Shown: one piece after another, positions 1 to 8,820 of the stretch
Layout of the letters: each line of letters begins with the position of its first letter
How positions within the stretch are numbered: position 1 is the stretch's first letter
Program-made: the position numbers and the translations under genes
The notes under the pieces: model-generated
The model's database searches: none
Seen by the model: the letters and a program-made list of their open reading frames with translations, nothing else
What the model was told of the DNA's origin: nothing
DNA from: Candidatus Bathyarchaeota archaeon
Lineage (GTDB): Archaea; Thermoproteota; Bathyarchaeia; 40CM-2-53-6
Assembly: GCA_005888635.1 (NCBI GenBank)
Contig: VBAW01000017.1
Location: 4,537 to 68,536, forward strand
Length of the DNA: 64,000 nucleotides
Reading direction: 5' to 3'

Positions 1-2
1 AT

Positions 3-638
3 GCCCTGACAGAACACGGCTCAACGCCGATCAACAACGAGTTTTACGTGAAAAACTACTATCTCCGTGCCTACGAGGAAGGCACCGGGCCCCGAATGGT
101 GCTGGAGACAGCACTAATAGGAAAGAACCGGCCGATGATCGACGCGGTTTACGAATCTTACAGGAAAATCTTCCAAGCCACGGTGGAAAGGGCAACACTC
201 CAGACCGGGGCCATCGAGATCCTCAAAGCCCTCAAACGAGCAGGATTCAAGATCAGCATTGCAACAATGAGGTACACAAAATCAGTCGTCGACTCTGAAC
301 TGAAACATCTGGCAGTCACTTCCCAAGTCGACCTCCTGTTGACCCGGCAGGACCTTGGCGTAAAGGGCACGTTAAGGTCCTTGGAAGAGACGGTAAATCA
401 GCGAGCCCGACTTGTAGCTAGAGCTCTCAGAGAAATCAGCCTCACACCAGATGAGGTGTTTCTCGTCGGTGACTCTTGGTGGGATGTTCGAGCAGGAAAA
501 CAGCTAGGGATAAGAACAGTTCTAGTCAAGACAGGTTTCGCTTCACACAATGACTTCTCGAGAGAGAATCCAGACCTAACGGTTTCTTCCATGAATGAGC
601 TGAGGGAAATCTTGGAGAAGAGCCACTGGGCGATCTGA
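3..638 (+). CDS. HAD-superfamily hydrolase/phosphatase, 5' end outside the window
   Basis: The reading frame is open from base 3, upstream of the listed ORF 48..638. It has the C-terminal HAD motif FLVGDSWWDVRAGKQLGIRTVLVKTG (GDxxxD type) and a cap-like middle region. The N-terminal DxD motif is absent, so the true start lies upstream of the window. Confidence 0.7.
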   Translation, partial: ALTEHGSTPINNEFYVKNYYLRAYEEGTGPRMVLETALIGKNRPMIDAVYESYRKIFQATVERATLQTGAIEILKALKRAGFKISIATMRYTKSVVDSELKHLAVTSQVDLLLTRQDLGVKGTLRSLEETVNQRARLVARALREISLTPDEVFLVGDSWWDVRAGKQLGIRTVLVKTGFASHNDFSRENPDLTVSSMNELREILEKSHWAI

Positions 639-717
639 CCAGGATTCTCGATGAGAAGATGGGCCTCTTCAGGACCTTAGGAAATGCGACTGTACGCATT
701 TGCCGAGTCATGCTTCT

Positions 718-1539
718 TCACGCCGTCTTGTAGAGGTCTGTCGTGGCTACTGGTTCAATGTCGTTCTTCTCCAGTTCTCTGAGCAGCCGGTTGATTCCTA
801 GCCAGTCGCTAGCGATGTGTCCAAGGACGATTAGATTAGAAAAGTTCTCCGCGGCTAGCTTTGTCAAATCAGCTTCTGAAATGTGGATGTAGGACAGAGT
901 TCCAACACCATTCTCGAAGTATGCTTTAGCCACATCATAGCCACCATTCGTGTAGCAGGCATGAGAGACTACAACTTTCCTAGCCTTGCGATTTGGAGAA
1001 CCGAGTCGCACTTCGATCCGAGTCTCCGCCTCGCGGAACTCGGGAAACGCGCCAATCCTAGAAACAAGTTGACCAACAGTGCTGTCTTCATCCAGCCCTT
1101 TGATCGCTTGGACGATCATTCTTCGACCAATCTCATCGCAGGGACTGTGAATCGTAACAAGGGGAAGGCCCAGCTTCTTTGCGGCGTTCGGGACCTGATC
1201 ATAATTCTCGGGATGGTGCTGAATGTCGAGGACTCGGTACTTGTTCTTCACAGCCTGCTGAGCTTCTTCTGACGGGACCCCGGCCGCCCTCAACTGGTCA
1301 ATATGACGGAGGAAGACCTTGTAGCCTTCAAGCTGGGCCTTTCCCCCAGCTGGATGGTGCGCGATTACTCCATCACAGTCGAGATTCCGGGCGAGCAATA
1401 GTTCGCCGACCCCCACATCAATAGCGACAAGGACCTTCCTGAGCTTGCGTCCCTTGACGTGAATCTCACTGTCAGCAGGAACACTGCTGAAGTGGGCGAG
1501 TTTGAGAGCCGTCCTCATTATTTGCTGAGCATCAAGCAA
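718..1539 (-). CDS. Conserved hypothetical protein, possibly NIF3/DUF34-like metal-centre protein
   Basis: 273-aa ORF with VIAHHPAGG and VTIHSPCDEIG motifs that loosely resemble NIF3 (HHP ... H..D) metal ligands. The family assignment is tentative. Confidence 0.35.
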   Translation of the reverse strand: MLDAQQIMRTALKLAHFSSVPADSEIHVKGRKLRKVLVAIDVGVGELLLARNLDCDGVIAHHPAGGKAQLEGYKVFLRHIDQLRAAGVPSEEAQQAVKNKYRVLDIQHHPENYDQVPNAAKKLGLPLVTIHSPCDEIGRRMIVQAIKGLDEDSTVGQLVSRIGAFPEFREAETRIEVRLGSPNRKARKVVVSHACYTNGGYDVAKAYFENGVGTLSYIHISEADLTKLAAENFSNLIVLGHIASDWLGINRLLRELEKNDIEPVATTDLYKTA

Positions 1540-1575
1540 GGCGCAGCCAAGCCCGTCAGATGGGGTCCTTGAGGC

Positions 1576-2991
1576 TCAGGCCCGTCCGCCCTTCGTCATC
1601 TTCTTGAGGTCGAGAATCTCGTCCAGTTTGTCTTTGGGCAGGATTCCCTCTTCCAAGACAACCTCTCGCAGGGACTTGTTCTCGGCCATGGCCTTCTTCG
1701 CGATCTTCGCCGCATTGTCGTAGCCAATCTTTGGAGTGAGCCTCGTCACCATCATCAGAGTCCTCTCTGCATATTCCAAGCAACGCTTCTTGTCCGCGGT
1801 GATCCCCCCGACACACTTCTCGCCAAGAACACGGGACCCGTTAGCCAATATCGTGATTGACTGTAGCAGATCGTAAGCGATAACCGGCATCATGACGTTC
1901 AGCTCCAGCTGGCCTAGCATCCCGCAGACGCCGATCGCTGTATCGTTTCCGTAGATCTGAGCAGCCACCAGATTTAGAGCTTCAGGAATCACAGGGTTGA
2001 CTTTACCGGGCATTATGCTCGACCCTGGCTCCATTGCAGGAAGATCAATCTCGCCCAGCGCAGTTCTAGGACCCGAGTTGAGAAGGCGGAGGTCGTTGGA
2101 TATTTTCATCAGGCTCGTAGCGATAGTTTTCAAATCGCCGCTCGCTTCGACACACGCATCCTTGCTCTGCATTGCCTCGAAAGCGTTCTCCGCCTTTCGA
2201 AACGACAGGCCGGTTAGACGGTTAATTTCTGCGATGGCCAGCTCAGCATACTTCGGGTCAGCGTTGAGACCTGTTCCCACTGCAGTCCCGCCCAACGGCA
2301 GTTCCATCAGGATGTCCCTAGCTTGTTCCGCCCGCTTGATACCGTGCCTGATCATGCTCGCGTAGCCGCTGAACTCCTGGCCTAGAGTAATCGGGACAGC
2401 GTCTTGCAGATGGGTCCGACCCGCTTTGACGACGTCGTCAAACTCTCTCGCCTTCTTCTCTAAGGCCTCAGCCAAGACACGTAGGCTCGGGAGGAGTCTG
2501 TGAACGATCTCTTCGGCCGACGAGACGTGAATCGCGGACGGAAAGACGTCATTCGTAGATTGGCACATATTCACATGATCATTTGGATGAATAATCGACT
2601 TGTCCCCCCTCTTACCACCGAGAAGCTCAACAGCGCGGTTCGCGATGACTTCGTTCATGTTCATGTTCGACGAGGTACCGCTACCTGTCTGGAAGACATC
2701 AACCACGAACTGGTCGTAGAGAGCCCCCTCCATAATCTCCTTCGCCGCAGAAACAATGGCCTCACCCTTCTTCGGGTCCAACAGTCCCAGCTGCATGTTG
2801 GCCCGCGTAGCAGAGAGCTTGATCAGAGCCATAGCCCGAACGAATTCCTTAGGAAGGCGTAGACCCGATATGGGAAAGTTCTGAACCGCCCGCTGGGTCT
2901 CAGCGCCATAATACGCAGAGCTAGGGACTTTGACCTCCCCCATGGAGTCCTTGTCCAACCGATATTCCTCGACCGTAACCATTATCGCCAC
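1576..2991 (-). CDS. fumC: Class II fumarate hydratase
   Basis: 471 aa with the lyase-1 signature GSSIMPGKVNP. QTGSGTSSNMNMNEV and GQEFSGY match fumarase C rather than aspartase. Confidence 0.9.
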   Translation of the reverse strand: MAIMVTVEEYRLDKDSMGEVKVPSSAYYGAETQRAVQNFPISGLRLPKEFVRAMALIKLSATRANMQLGLLDPKKGEAIVSAAKEIMEGALYDQFVVDVFQTGSGTSSNMNMNEVIANRAVELLGGKRGDKSIIHPNDHVNMCQSTNDVFPSAIHVSSAEEIVHRLLPSLRVLAEALEKKAREFDDVVKAGRTHLQDAVPITLGQEFSGYASMIRHGIKRAEQARDILMELPLGGTAVGTGLNADPKYAELAIAEINRLTGLSFRKAENAFEAMQSKDACVEASGDLKTIATSLMKISNDLRLLNSGPRTALGEIDLPAMEPGSSIMPGKVNPVIPEALNLVAAQIYGNDTAIGVCGMLGQLELNVMMPVIAYDLLQSITILANGSRVLGEKCVGGITADKKRCLEYAERTLMMVTRLTPKIGYDNAAKIAKKAMAENKSLREVVLEEGILPKDKLDEILDLKKMTKGGRA

Positions 2992-3353
2992 GCCGGAGAC
3001 AGCCCCGGAGAACTGGGACTAAAAAACACTCCCTATCAACTCTGAAAATAGTACCATTCATTCTGCGCTCTCAGTTTCGTCGACCTCTCCGCTCTAACAG
3101 TCCGAACAGGAAGATTCGGTGGAACCTTGATTTCACCTCGGAAGATGCGACGAAATAGCCAGAGGCTCAGAGACCAGATTCGACAGGTCCTATCGGTCCT
3201 CGACGAGGTAGAACAGTATCGTATGAAAAACCTCTCGAAGGCTCACGCGTGAGTCCAGAAACCTCTTCTCACCACCCTGCTGTGACTCAGTGAGGGAACA
3301 GTTTACATCATCAAACATTCGACTAGCGGCCTTCAAATCTAGGTCGCTAGTCC

Positions 3354-4280
3354 GTGAGACTGCTAAGATTCCAACAGAAGCCCTCCGAGAATCGGATGGG
3401 AATTATGATCGACTCGGCTCGGTTTGCTGAGCTGGGCTCCTCAAAGAACTCGGAACCCATTCTGGACTTTCTCCAGGACCCAAAGAGCGAGGCCAAAGCA
3501 AAACAGACGCTTGAGGCGGCGAAGAAACAGATTGGTGACTCGAGAGAAAAGAATCCGAAGGGAGTCTTCAACCTCGACAAAGTTACTGTTCTTCCTCCTA
3601 TCTCACGTCCAACAAAGATCATCTGCATGGGCGGAAACTTCTCAGACCACCTCCAAGAGGGATCGACAAGCCTTCCTCCGTTCCCAATATCATTTCTCAA
3701 ATCTCCGACTTCACTAGTAGGACATAGAGCTCCAATCTTCTATCCTCGAAGAGTCAAACTCCTAGACTACGAAGTGGAGCTCGCTGCCGTCATCGGCGTG
3801 AGGTGCAAAGACGTGTCCAGGAAGAGTGCCCTCAACCATATCGCTGGCTTCTCAGTCTTCAACGATATCAGCGCACGTGACATTCAGTTCGCAGAGATGA
3901 AGAGAGGCTTCTGCAACCTCGGCAAGAACTTCGCGTCCTTCGCCCCTATGGGGCCTTTCCTAGTTACTCCTGACCAAGCTGGGAATCCTGACAATCTTGG
4001 AATGGAACTCCGAGTCAACGGACAGACGAGACAGTTTTCCAGCACGAAGAACATGGTCTTCAAGATGCGACAGCTAGTCGAGTTCTTCTCATCCATGACC
4101 CTCGAACCAGGGGACATCATCACGTCAGGTACACCCTCCGGCGTGGCTATCTATAGACAACCTGACAAGACACCGTTTCTGCTACAGCCGGGAGATATGA
4201 TCGAATCGAAGATCGAGAACCTAGGAAGATTACAGAATACTGTCGTCGCAGAGACGAGTCCTGTAAAGACAGCTTTCTAG
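3354..4280 (+). CDS. Fumarylacetoacetate hydrolase (FAH) family protein
   Basis: 308 aa with DYEVELAAVIG and ITSGTPSGV motifs typical of FAH / 2-keto-4-pentenoate hydratase-like enzymes. It is divergent from fumC across a gap of about 360 bp. Confidence 0.85.
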   Translation: MRLLRFQQKPSENRMGIMIDSARFAELGSSKNSEPILDFLQDPKSEAKAKQTLEAAKKQIGDSREKNPKGVFNLDKVTVLPPISRPTKIICMGGNFSDHLQEGSTSLPPFPISFLKSPTSLVGHRAPIFYPRRVKLLDYEVELAAVIGVRCKDVSRKSALNHIAGFSVFNDISARDIQFAEMKRGFCNLGKNFASFAPMGPFLVTPDQAGNPDNLGMELRVNGQTRQFSSTKNMVFKMRQLVEFFSSMTLEPGDIITSGTPSGVAIYRQPDKTPFLLQPGDMIESKIENLGRLQNTVVAETSPVKTAF

Positions 4281-4298
4281 GGCCCGGAAGACCATAGC

Positions 4299-4544
4299 CT
4301 AGCGCGGGTAGGCCTCACCCTGTATCCTCTTAGTATACGTCGCAACCGTTGCGTTTTGAAGACTCCGCTCGCCGTTCTTCTGAGCCTTGTACGAGTCCCA
4401 TCCCAGCTTGACAATATGACTCAGAACCGCCGAAAAGGTCGGCTTCGGAGGCTCCATCCTATCAAACAGCCTCCTCATCTCATCCAATAGCTCCCTCGAA
4501 ATCCTGACCGAGTATGGGATTGTAACAGTCAATCGACTCATCAC
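4299..4544 (-). CDS. Small ribbon-helix-helix (CopG/Arc-like) protein
   Basis: 81 aa. The N-terminal segment RLTVTIPYSVRISRELLDEMRRL has a beta-strand then helix pattern typical of RHH DNA-binding proteins. Confidence 0.4.
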   Translation of the reverse strand: MMSRLTVTIPYSVRISRELLDEMRRLFDRMEPPKPTFSAVLSHIVKLGWDSYKAQKNGERSLQNATVATYTKRIQGEAYPR

Positions 4545-4659
4545 ACTACACTACGATACGCACTTCTCACTACGACCCGGTCGAGGACAGTTGATTGTGG
4601 TGTAACCTTTGCCCTTAAGCCCGGGTAACAAGAATACGGCACCCAGAGGTGAATTATGA

Positions 4660-4848
4660 ATGAGAAGAGATCAGCTAAGGAGATTCCTCAACAGTGATGT
4701 GGTGGGCCAGTTGAACAATGGACTCTTCTTCGAGGGATATGTTGCAGACGAAGCCGGAAGAGTATTAGTCTTCGACCGGGACAGTCGAGCCCATCAAATC
4801 AGCGCAACACAGGTCAAATGGCTCGCAAAAGCGGTAAGATACTGTTGA
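4660..4848 (+). CDS. Hypothetical small protein
   Basis: 62-aa ORF in an otherwise empty interval, with no recognisable motif. Confidence 0.25.
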   Translation: MRRDQLRRFLNSDVVGQLNNGLFFEGYVADEAGRVLVFDRDSRAHQISATQVKWLAKAVRYC

Positions 4849-4906
4849 CAGGCTGGGGAACAGACAACTGTGCTAGGATTCCCGATTTTTGGGGCGATGT
4901 TGGTTG

Positions 4907-5039
4907 TGGCGGGCCCGCCGGGAATTGAACCCGGGACAGCCGGGTGTCTTCCGCGAGGTAAAAGCTTCACCAGAGATAGCTCTTCCGGTGCTCTACCTCT
5001 TCAGGATCCCTGTTAGGAATCTGGCTGAGCTACGGGCCC
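4907..5039 (-). tRNA. tRNA-Lys (anticodon UUU) with three inferred introns and an encoded CCA
   Basis: Minus-strand exons reassemble to GGGCCCG TA GCTC AGCCAGGTA GAGC A CCGGG CTTTTAA CCCGG CTGTC CCGGG TTCAATT CCCGG CGGGCCC G CCA, 74 nt plus CCA. Inferred introns are 23 nt in the D-loop (about 5020-4998), 19 nt inside the anticodon stem (4984-4966) and 13 nt at canonical position 37/38 (4958-4946). The anticodon lies at 4962-4960. Confidence 0.8.
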
Positions 5040-5064
5040 GCGCGACGGCCGAGTTTGACCTGAT

Positions 5065-5072
5065 CTATATTA
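5065..5072 (-). promoter_or_regulatory. TATA-like box upstream of tRNA-Lys
   Basis: The minus strand reads TAATATAG, centred about 29 nt upstream of tRNA position 1 (5039). Comparable A/T boxes sit about 27-30 nt upstream of the other four tRNA genes. Confidence 0.35.
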
Positions 5073-5141
5073 GTTGATTTTCCAAACAAGACCAAGACGC
5101 TCTGTGAAAAAGCAAGTTGCCTCAACATTCGAGCCCTCAGA

Positions 5142-5594
5142 TCAAGATTGGCTAATCTGACTCATCCTGACCGCGCCGACAACCTCTAGCAGGCTTCTTC
5201 CTTGCGCAATGTTTGCCGGTACTTGCTTCCTTGCAATAAGGCCTGCAATAATGAGCTTCTCGACTACCCTAGCAGTCGGTCCTAGCACATCTTGTAAAGC
5301 CTTCACGAACTCTCCAACCAGTTTTGGAATCTGATCGGGTGAGATGGAATTTCGCCTTTGGAGGAGGAGAAATATTGACTCTTTGACAGTTGGTCCCAAT
5401 GCATCGAGAGCTGCGCTGACAGAGTCTACCAGAGCTTGGTCGAAAACGCCCGTCGGTTCATCACGCAACTCTATTAGACACCAACATCTGCGAACCTTTG
5501 CGTGACAGAGGCCTGACTGAGCAAGCATCTCGGCTCGTTCCGAGCTTCGCCCCTGACGTGTGAAGCAAGCCTTTGCCCATCGTGCCTTGACCAT
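5142..5594 (-). CDS. Hypothetical protein (start uncertain)
   Basis: 150-aa ORF. The C-terminal two thirds look like a helical globular protein. The N-terminal Arg/Cys-rich part may be untranslated, and an internal Met at MLAQSG is a possible start. Confidence 0.35.
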   Translation of the reverse strand: MVKARWAKACFTRQGRSSERAEMLAQSGLCHAKVRRCWCLIELRDEPTGVFDQALVDSVSAALDALGPTVKESIFLLLQRRNSISPDQIPKLVGEFVKALQDVLGPTARVVEKLIIAGLIARKQVPANIAQGRSLLEVVGAVRMSQISQS

Positions 5595-5780
5595 CCGCTT
5601 CTCTAATGAAAATTCAAGAAGATAGCAAGGATAGAGTCGAGATAAGAATCACGTTACTGTCAGCAACCCTACGAGGTCATCTCTGATTCAGCCGCGCTAG
5701 AACAGAGTCGCTTCTTAGTAATGCTGTGAACCAGCCTTCATACAGTCAATATTAACCATCTAAGATTCATAGCAGAGACT

Positions 5781-6332
5781 ATGATCGACCTTGCCGCGAT
5801 AACAGCGGACCTCAGTGCAGTGAGTTCGATAGCAATCATTCTAGGCGCCGTGTTCGTAATCTTTCAGCTCAGGCAGAACGCGAGACTGATCAGAACGGCC
5901 AACTTTGAAACCAAGGCCAACATGTCATTTTCAGTTCTGGAAATTATCACGGAAGAATCCTTCGCCCGTAGGAGGAAGAACATGCACGACGCGATAAAGA
6001 AGTACAGTCAGATCAACTGGGAAGGATTCGATGACAGTCTCGAAGATTTCGAAGCCCGAAACTTCGGCTACATCTACGAGCTAATCGGCGAGCTTGTCAG
6101 GGAAGGAATAATTGACTTCACGATCGCCATTCACTCCCTACGCTATCTGCTCGTGTTTGACTGGCAGAGATTCGAACCTCTGGTTAAGCATCTCATGGAA
6201 CGATACAAGGTCCCGGTGAACCCGTATGAAAACTTCGAATGGCTAGCGCAAGAAACAAGAAAGTACCTGGAGAACCAAGGAAGGATCGACACTGGACACC
6301 CCGAGATTCCTGCTCCCGCCAGCATGCACTAG
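5781..6332 (+). CDS. Hypothetical N-terminally membrane-anchored protein
   Basis: 183 aa with a single N-terminal hydrophobic helix (SSIAIILGAVFVIFQL) followed by a soluble helical domain. Confidence 0.45.
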   Translation: MIDLAAITADLSAVSSIAIILGAVFVIFQLRQNARLIRTANFETKANMSFSVLEIITEESFARRRKNMHDAIKKYSQINWEGFDDSLEDFEARNFGYIYELIGELVREGIIDFTIAIHSLRYLLVFDWQRFEPLVKHLMERYKVPVNPYENFEWLAQETRKYLENQGRIDTGHPEIPAPASMH

Positions 6333-6365
6333 CTTAAACATTAGAATAGAATCCTTCGCAGTCTG

Positions 6366-6698
6366 GTGCTAGACATGATCGTCAAGCATCTCTCCGAAAC
6401 AGTACCTGAGAGAGAAGGCGATTTTACACGATGGTATCTCTCGCGTGCCGACCGAGGCCATTCACTGGCCGTTAGATACGTTGAACTCACCGGAATGGTC
6501 CCACCACACACTCACGACGTTGAAGAGACAATCTTCTACATCGAGGGGAAGGGCTTAGCCCGAGTTGGTGGGAAAGAGGTTCGGGTCAAACCCGGAACCA
6601 TGGTGGTGGTTCCACCCGGCACCGTTCACAGTTCGATCAGGGAAGGCCTCGAACCACTCCGATACCTAGCGATCTTTGTAGGTAGCCCAGACCTCTAA
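6366..6698 (+). CDS. Cupin-domain protein
   Basis: 110 aa with the cupin_2-like motifs PPHTHDVEETIFYIEGKG and GTMVVVPPGTVHS. Confidence 0.75.
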   Translation: MLDMIVKHLSETVPEREGDFTRWYLSRADRGHSLAVRYVELTGMVPPHTHDVEETIFYIEGKGLARVGGKEVRVKPGTMVVVPPGTVHSSIREGLEPLRYLAIFVGSPDL

Positions 6699-6769
6699 CA
6701 CCAGCACGAATAAGACGACAGGACGCGAAGACACTGCAAGACCCCTCCGACTCATACAAACTAGAGCAG

Positions 6770-7429
6770 ATGAAGATCAAGCTGGCAAGAGGTGGAGAGA
6801 CCAGCATTGTCTACGGTCTGCCCTCCAAGATCCATGATCCATCGACATGCCTCATCATAGCCCACGGCGCCGGGGGACCAATGCACACGCCCTTCATACG
6901 ATATTTCCACACTGAACTCGCAAAGCGAGGCTTCCTGACTGTCAGGTTCAATTTTCCATACATGGAAGCCCGCAGGAGGGTGCCTGACAGGAGAGAGGTC
7001 CTGGAGGAAAGCTACCGCACAATCGTCGACCAAGCAAAGAACGGCACACATAAGCCAGATCGAATGGTCATAGGAGGAAAATCAATGGGGGGACGAATCG
7101 CGTCCCAGATAGCATCCAACGGGGTAGACGTGAACGGACTCTTCTTCCTCGGTTATCCACTCCATCCGATAGGCAAGACTGACCAGCTGAGGGATGAGCA
7201 CCTCTACCGGATCAAGAAGCCGATGCTTTTCTTGTCCGGGACGAGGGATAGTTTTGCCAGACAGGATCTTCTGGAAAAAGTCGTCTCAAGGATAGGATCA
7301 AACGCCCAGATCCATTGGATACAGAACGGAGACCATAGCTTCAAGACTCCTGATACGAAAACCGGCAACACAGGGAGTTTGCGGGAGGCCCTTGCACTTC
7401 TAGTGGATTGGTTGCAAACGATAGCCTAG
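6770..7429 (+). CDS. Alpha/beta hydrolase (dienelactone-hydrolase-like)
   Basis: 219 aa with the nucleophile elbow GGKSMGGRIAS (GxSxG), a late GTRD motif and a C-terminal GDHSF (His). Confidence 0.75.
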   Translation: MKIKLARGGETSIVYGLPSKIHDPSTCLIIAHGAGGPMHTPFIRYFHTELAKRGFLTVRFNFPYMEARRRVPDRREVLEESYRTIVDQAKNGTHKPDRMVIGGKSMGGRIASQIASNGVDVNGLFFLGYPLHPIGKTDQLRDEHLYRIKKPMLFLSGTRDSFARQDLLEKVVSRIGSNAQIHWIQNGDHSFKTPDTKTGNTGSLREALALLVDWLQTIA

Positions 7430-7673
7430 GGATCTGAAAGTCGGCGCGAGCTTCCTGCTCAATACTGTACATTTATTAGAGACGGACTGGGGTCGTGGGC
7501 TTAGAAGAACATTGTGCGACAGTTGCGGCTGTTCTTCAGAGCAGGAAGAGACGACTACTCAACCAGAGGAAGCCTAGCCCTATACCTGCTGGGGCATTGA
7601 AACTTCCCAAAAATCCAACGAAGGAGCAGCTGGGCTCCTTCCATCTTTTCAACCCTACAAAGTACCGAAAATC

Positions 7674-8093
7674 TTAGAGTCCTGGTATCGTCGGAAGAAC
7701 AAACAGAGCCCCTAGAGCTAAGGCCCCAAGAATAAAGATCAGTACTATCCCCACAACGACTGCCATGATTGATGTTCCTATCGCGCCTAACCATCCCGTC
7801 TTGAAGTAGTGTTTCACCAGCAACAGAAATATTAGCAGTCCGAGCAGGATGCCTATTGTTCCTAGGAACGCGATCGAAGCCCCAACTAGGAATGTTCCGA
7901 CACTAGCTATTCCCAAAGCCTCACCGAAAGTTACGCGGCGTCCAACTACTATTTCTCCCGCTAGCCAGAGTACAACCCCGATGACTAGGAGATAGATGAT
8001 GAAGAGGATGAGGAAGGTTATGAGAGTGGCGCTGAGACCTCCGATCGATGGTAGTGCCGGCGCCGGGTTCGCCATGAACGTCTTGCCCTGCAC
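7674..8093 (-). CDS. Hypothetical polytopic membrane protein
   Basis: 139 aa, almost entirely hydrophobic, with about 4 predicted TM helices. Confidence 0.55.
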   Translation of the reverse strand: MQGKTFMANPAPALPSIGGLSATLITFLILFIIYLLVIGVVLWLAGEIVVGRRVTFGEALGIASVGTFLVGASIAFLGTIGILLGLLIFLLLVKHYFKTGWLGAIGTSIMAVVVGIVLIFILGALALGALFVLPTIPGL

Positions 8094-8217
8094 ATCCCCG
8101 ATTGAAATGTCAAGTTATTCTTGATGAAACCTTTCTCATTCATCCATAGTAAGTTTCAGTTCTCTTCCGGGGAATATTGGGAAGGTTTAAGCTTGCACGC
8201 TTTCGGGTAGCGTGATT

Positions 8218-8395
8218 GCCCAGGAAATCAGTATCCGGGCTCGCGCCCCGTCCGTAAAATCCGGACGCGTTAAGGTAGTATAGCCCGGTCCACGGCTTGC
8301 GGGAGCCGGCCGAGAGTATGCACGGCTGTCACCCGTGCGACACTCGAAACGAACGGTCGAGCGCACGGCGGGTTCGAATCCCGCCCTGGGCGCCA
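8218..8395 (+). tRNA. tRNA-Asp (anticodon GUC) with three inferred introns and an encoded CCA
   Basis: Exons are 8218-8224 (GCCCAGG), 8276-8292 (TA GTAT AGCCCGGTCCA), 8316-8341 (GTAT G CACGG CTGTCAC CCGTG CGAC) and 8367-8392 (G GCGGG TTCGAAT CCCGC CCTGGGC G), followed by CCA. The acceptor stem forms a perfect 7 bp. The anticodon GTC is at 8328-8330. Inferred introns are 51, 23 and 25 nt. Confidence 0.8.
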
Positions 8396-8787
8396 AGCCA
8401 CTACACGACATCACTTCGACGCAATGGAGGATTATCTAGAATCGTCATGCTTCAAGTTGAACTATCGGGAACCCTGCCTAGAAACAAGGCTGGCTGACCA
8501 AGTGTCACAACATGCGAGGACCGCACACCTTGATGATCAGTCCAGCTTATCGGTGCTTACGTGATGACCCCGCACTAGCGCCACGCTTCCGACTATCTCG
8601 CAATTGGGAGATTATTCTGGGCGCTGCTCGATGCCGAGCCAAACAGAAGACTCAAGGTTGTATCGATTGTAGCCAGAACAATAATGCGAGTTTCTTGACT
8701 CATGTACGGCATGTGTACCCACTTGTGTTCTTGAGTACTTTAATGGCCCATGACGGGTCGAAATACTCTCGGTTGTAGACGTGTCGG

Positions 8788-8795
8788 TTATATGA
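8788..8795 (+). promoter_or_regulatory. TATA-like box for the oxidoreductase gene (leaderless or very short leader)
   Basis: TTATATGA is centred about 29 nt upstream of the ATG at 8821. Confidence 0.35.
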
Positions 8796-8820
8796 AAAGC
8801 CGCCTAGAGTGTTCCTCATC

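Noticed and set aside
4889-5077. ORFs overlapping the tRNA genes (4889..5077, 8187..8414, 8297..8497, 20127..20363, 19861..20277, 28784..29101).
   Set aside because: They run through clear tRNA exons and G+C-rich stems, and their translations are Arg/Pro/Gly-rich. These are artefacts of structured RNA genes.
8530-8572. Two TGATGA motifs downstream of tRNA-Asp, considered as C boxes of a C/D-box sRNA.
   Set aside because: No CTGA D or D' box occurs at the expected 10-60 nt spacing, and no terminal stem is visible.
8512-8778. An 88-aa ORF in the gap after tRNA-Asp.
   Set aside because: The composition is Arg/Cys-rich, there is no motif and no promoter-like box at a sensible distance. It is treated as non-coding.
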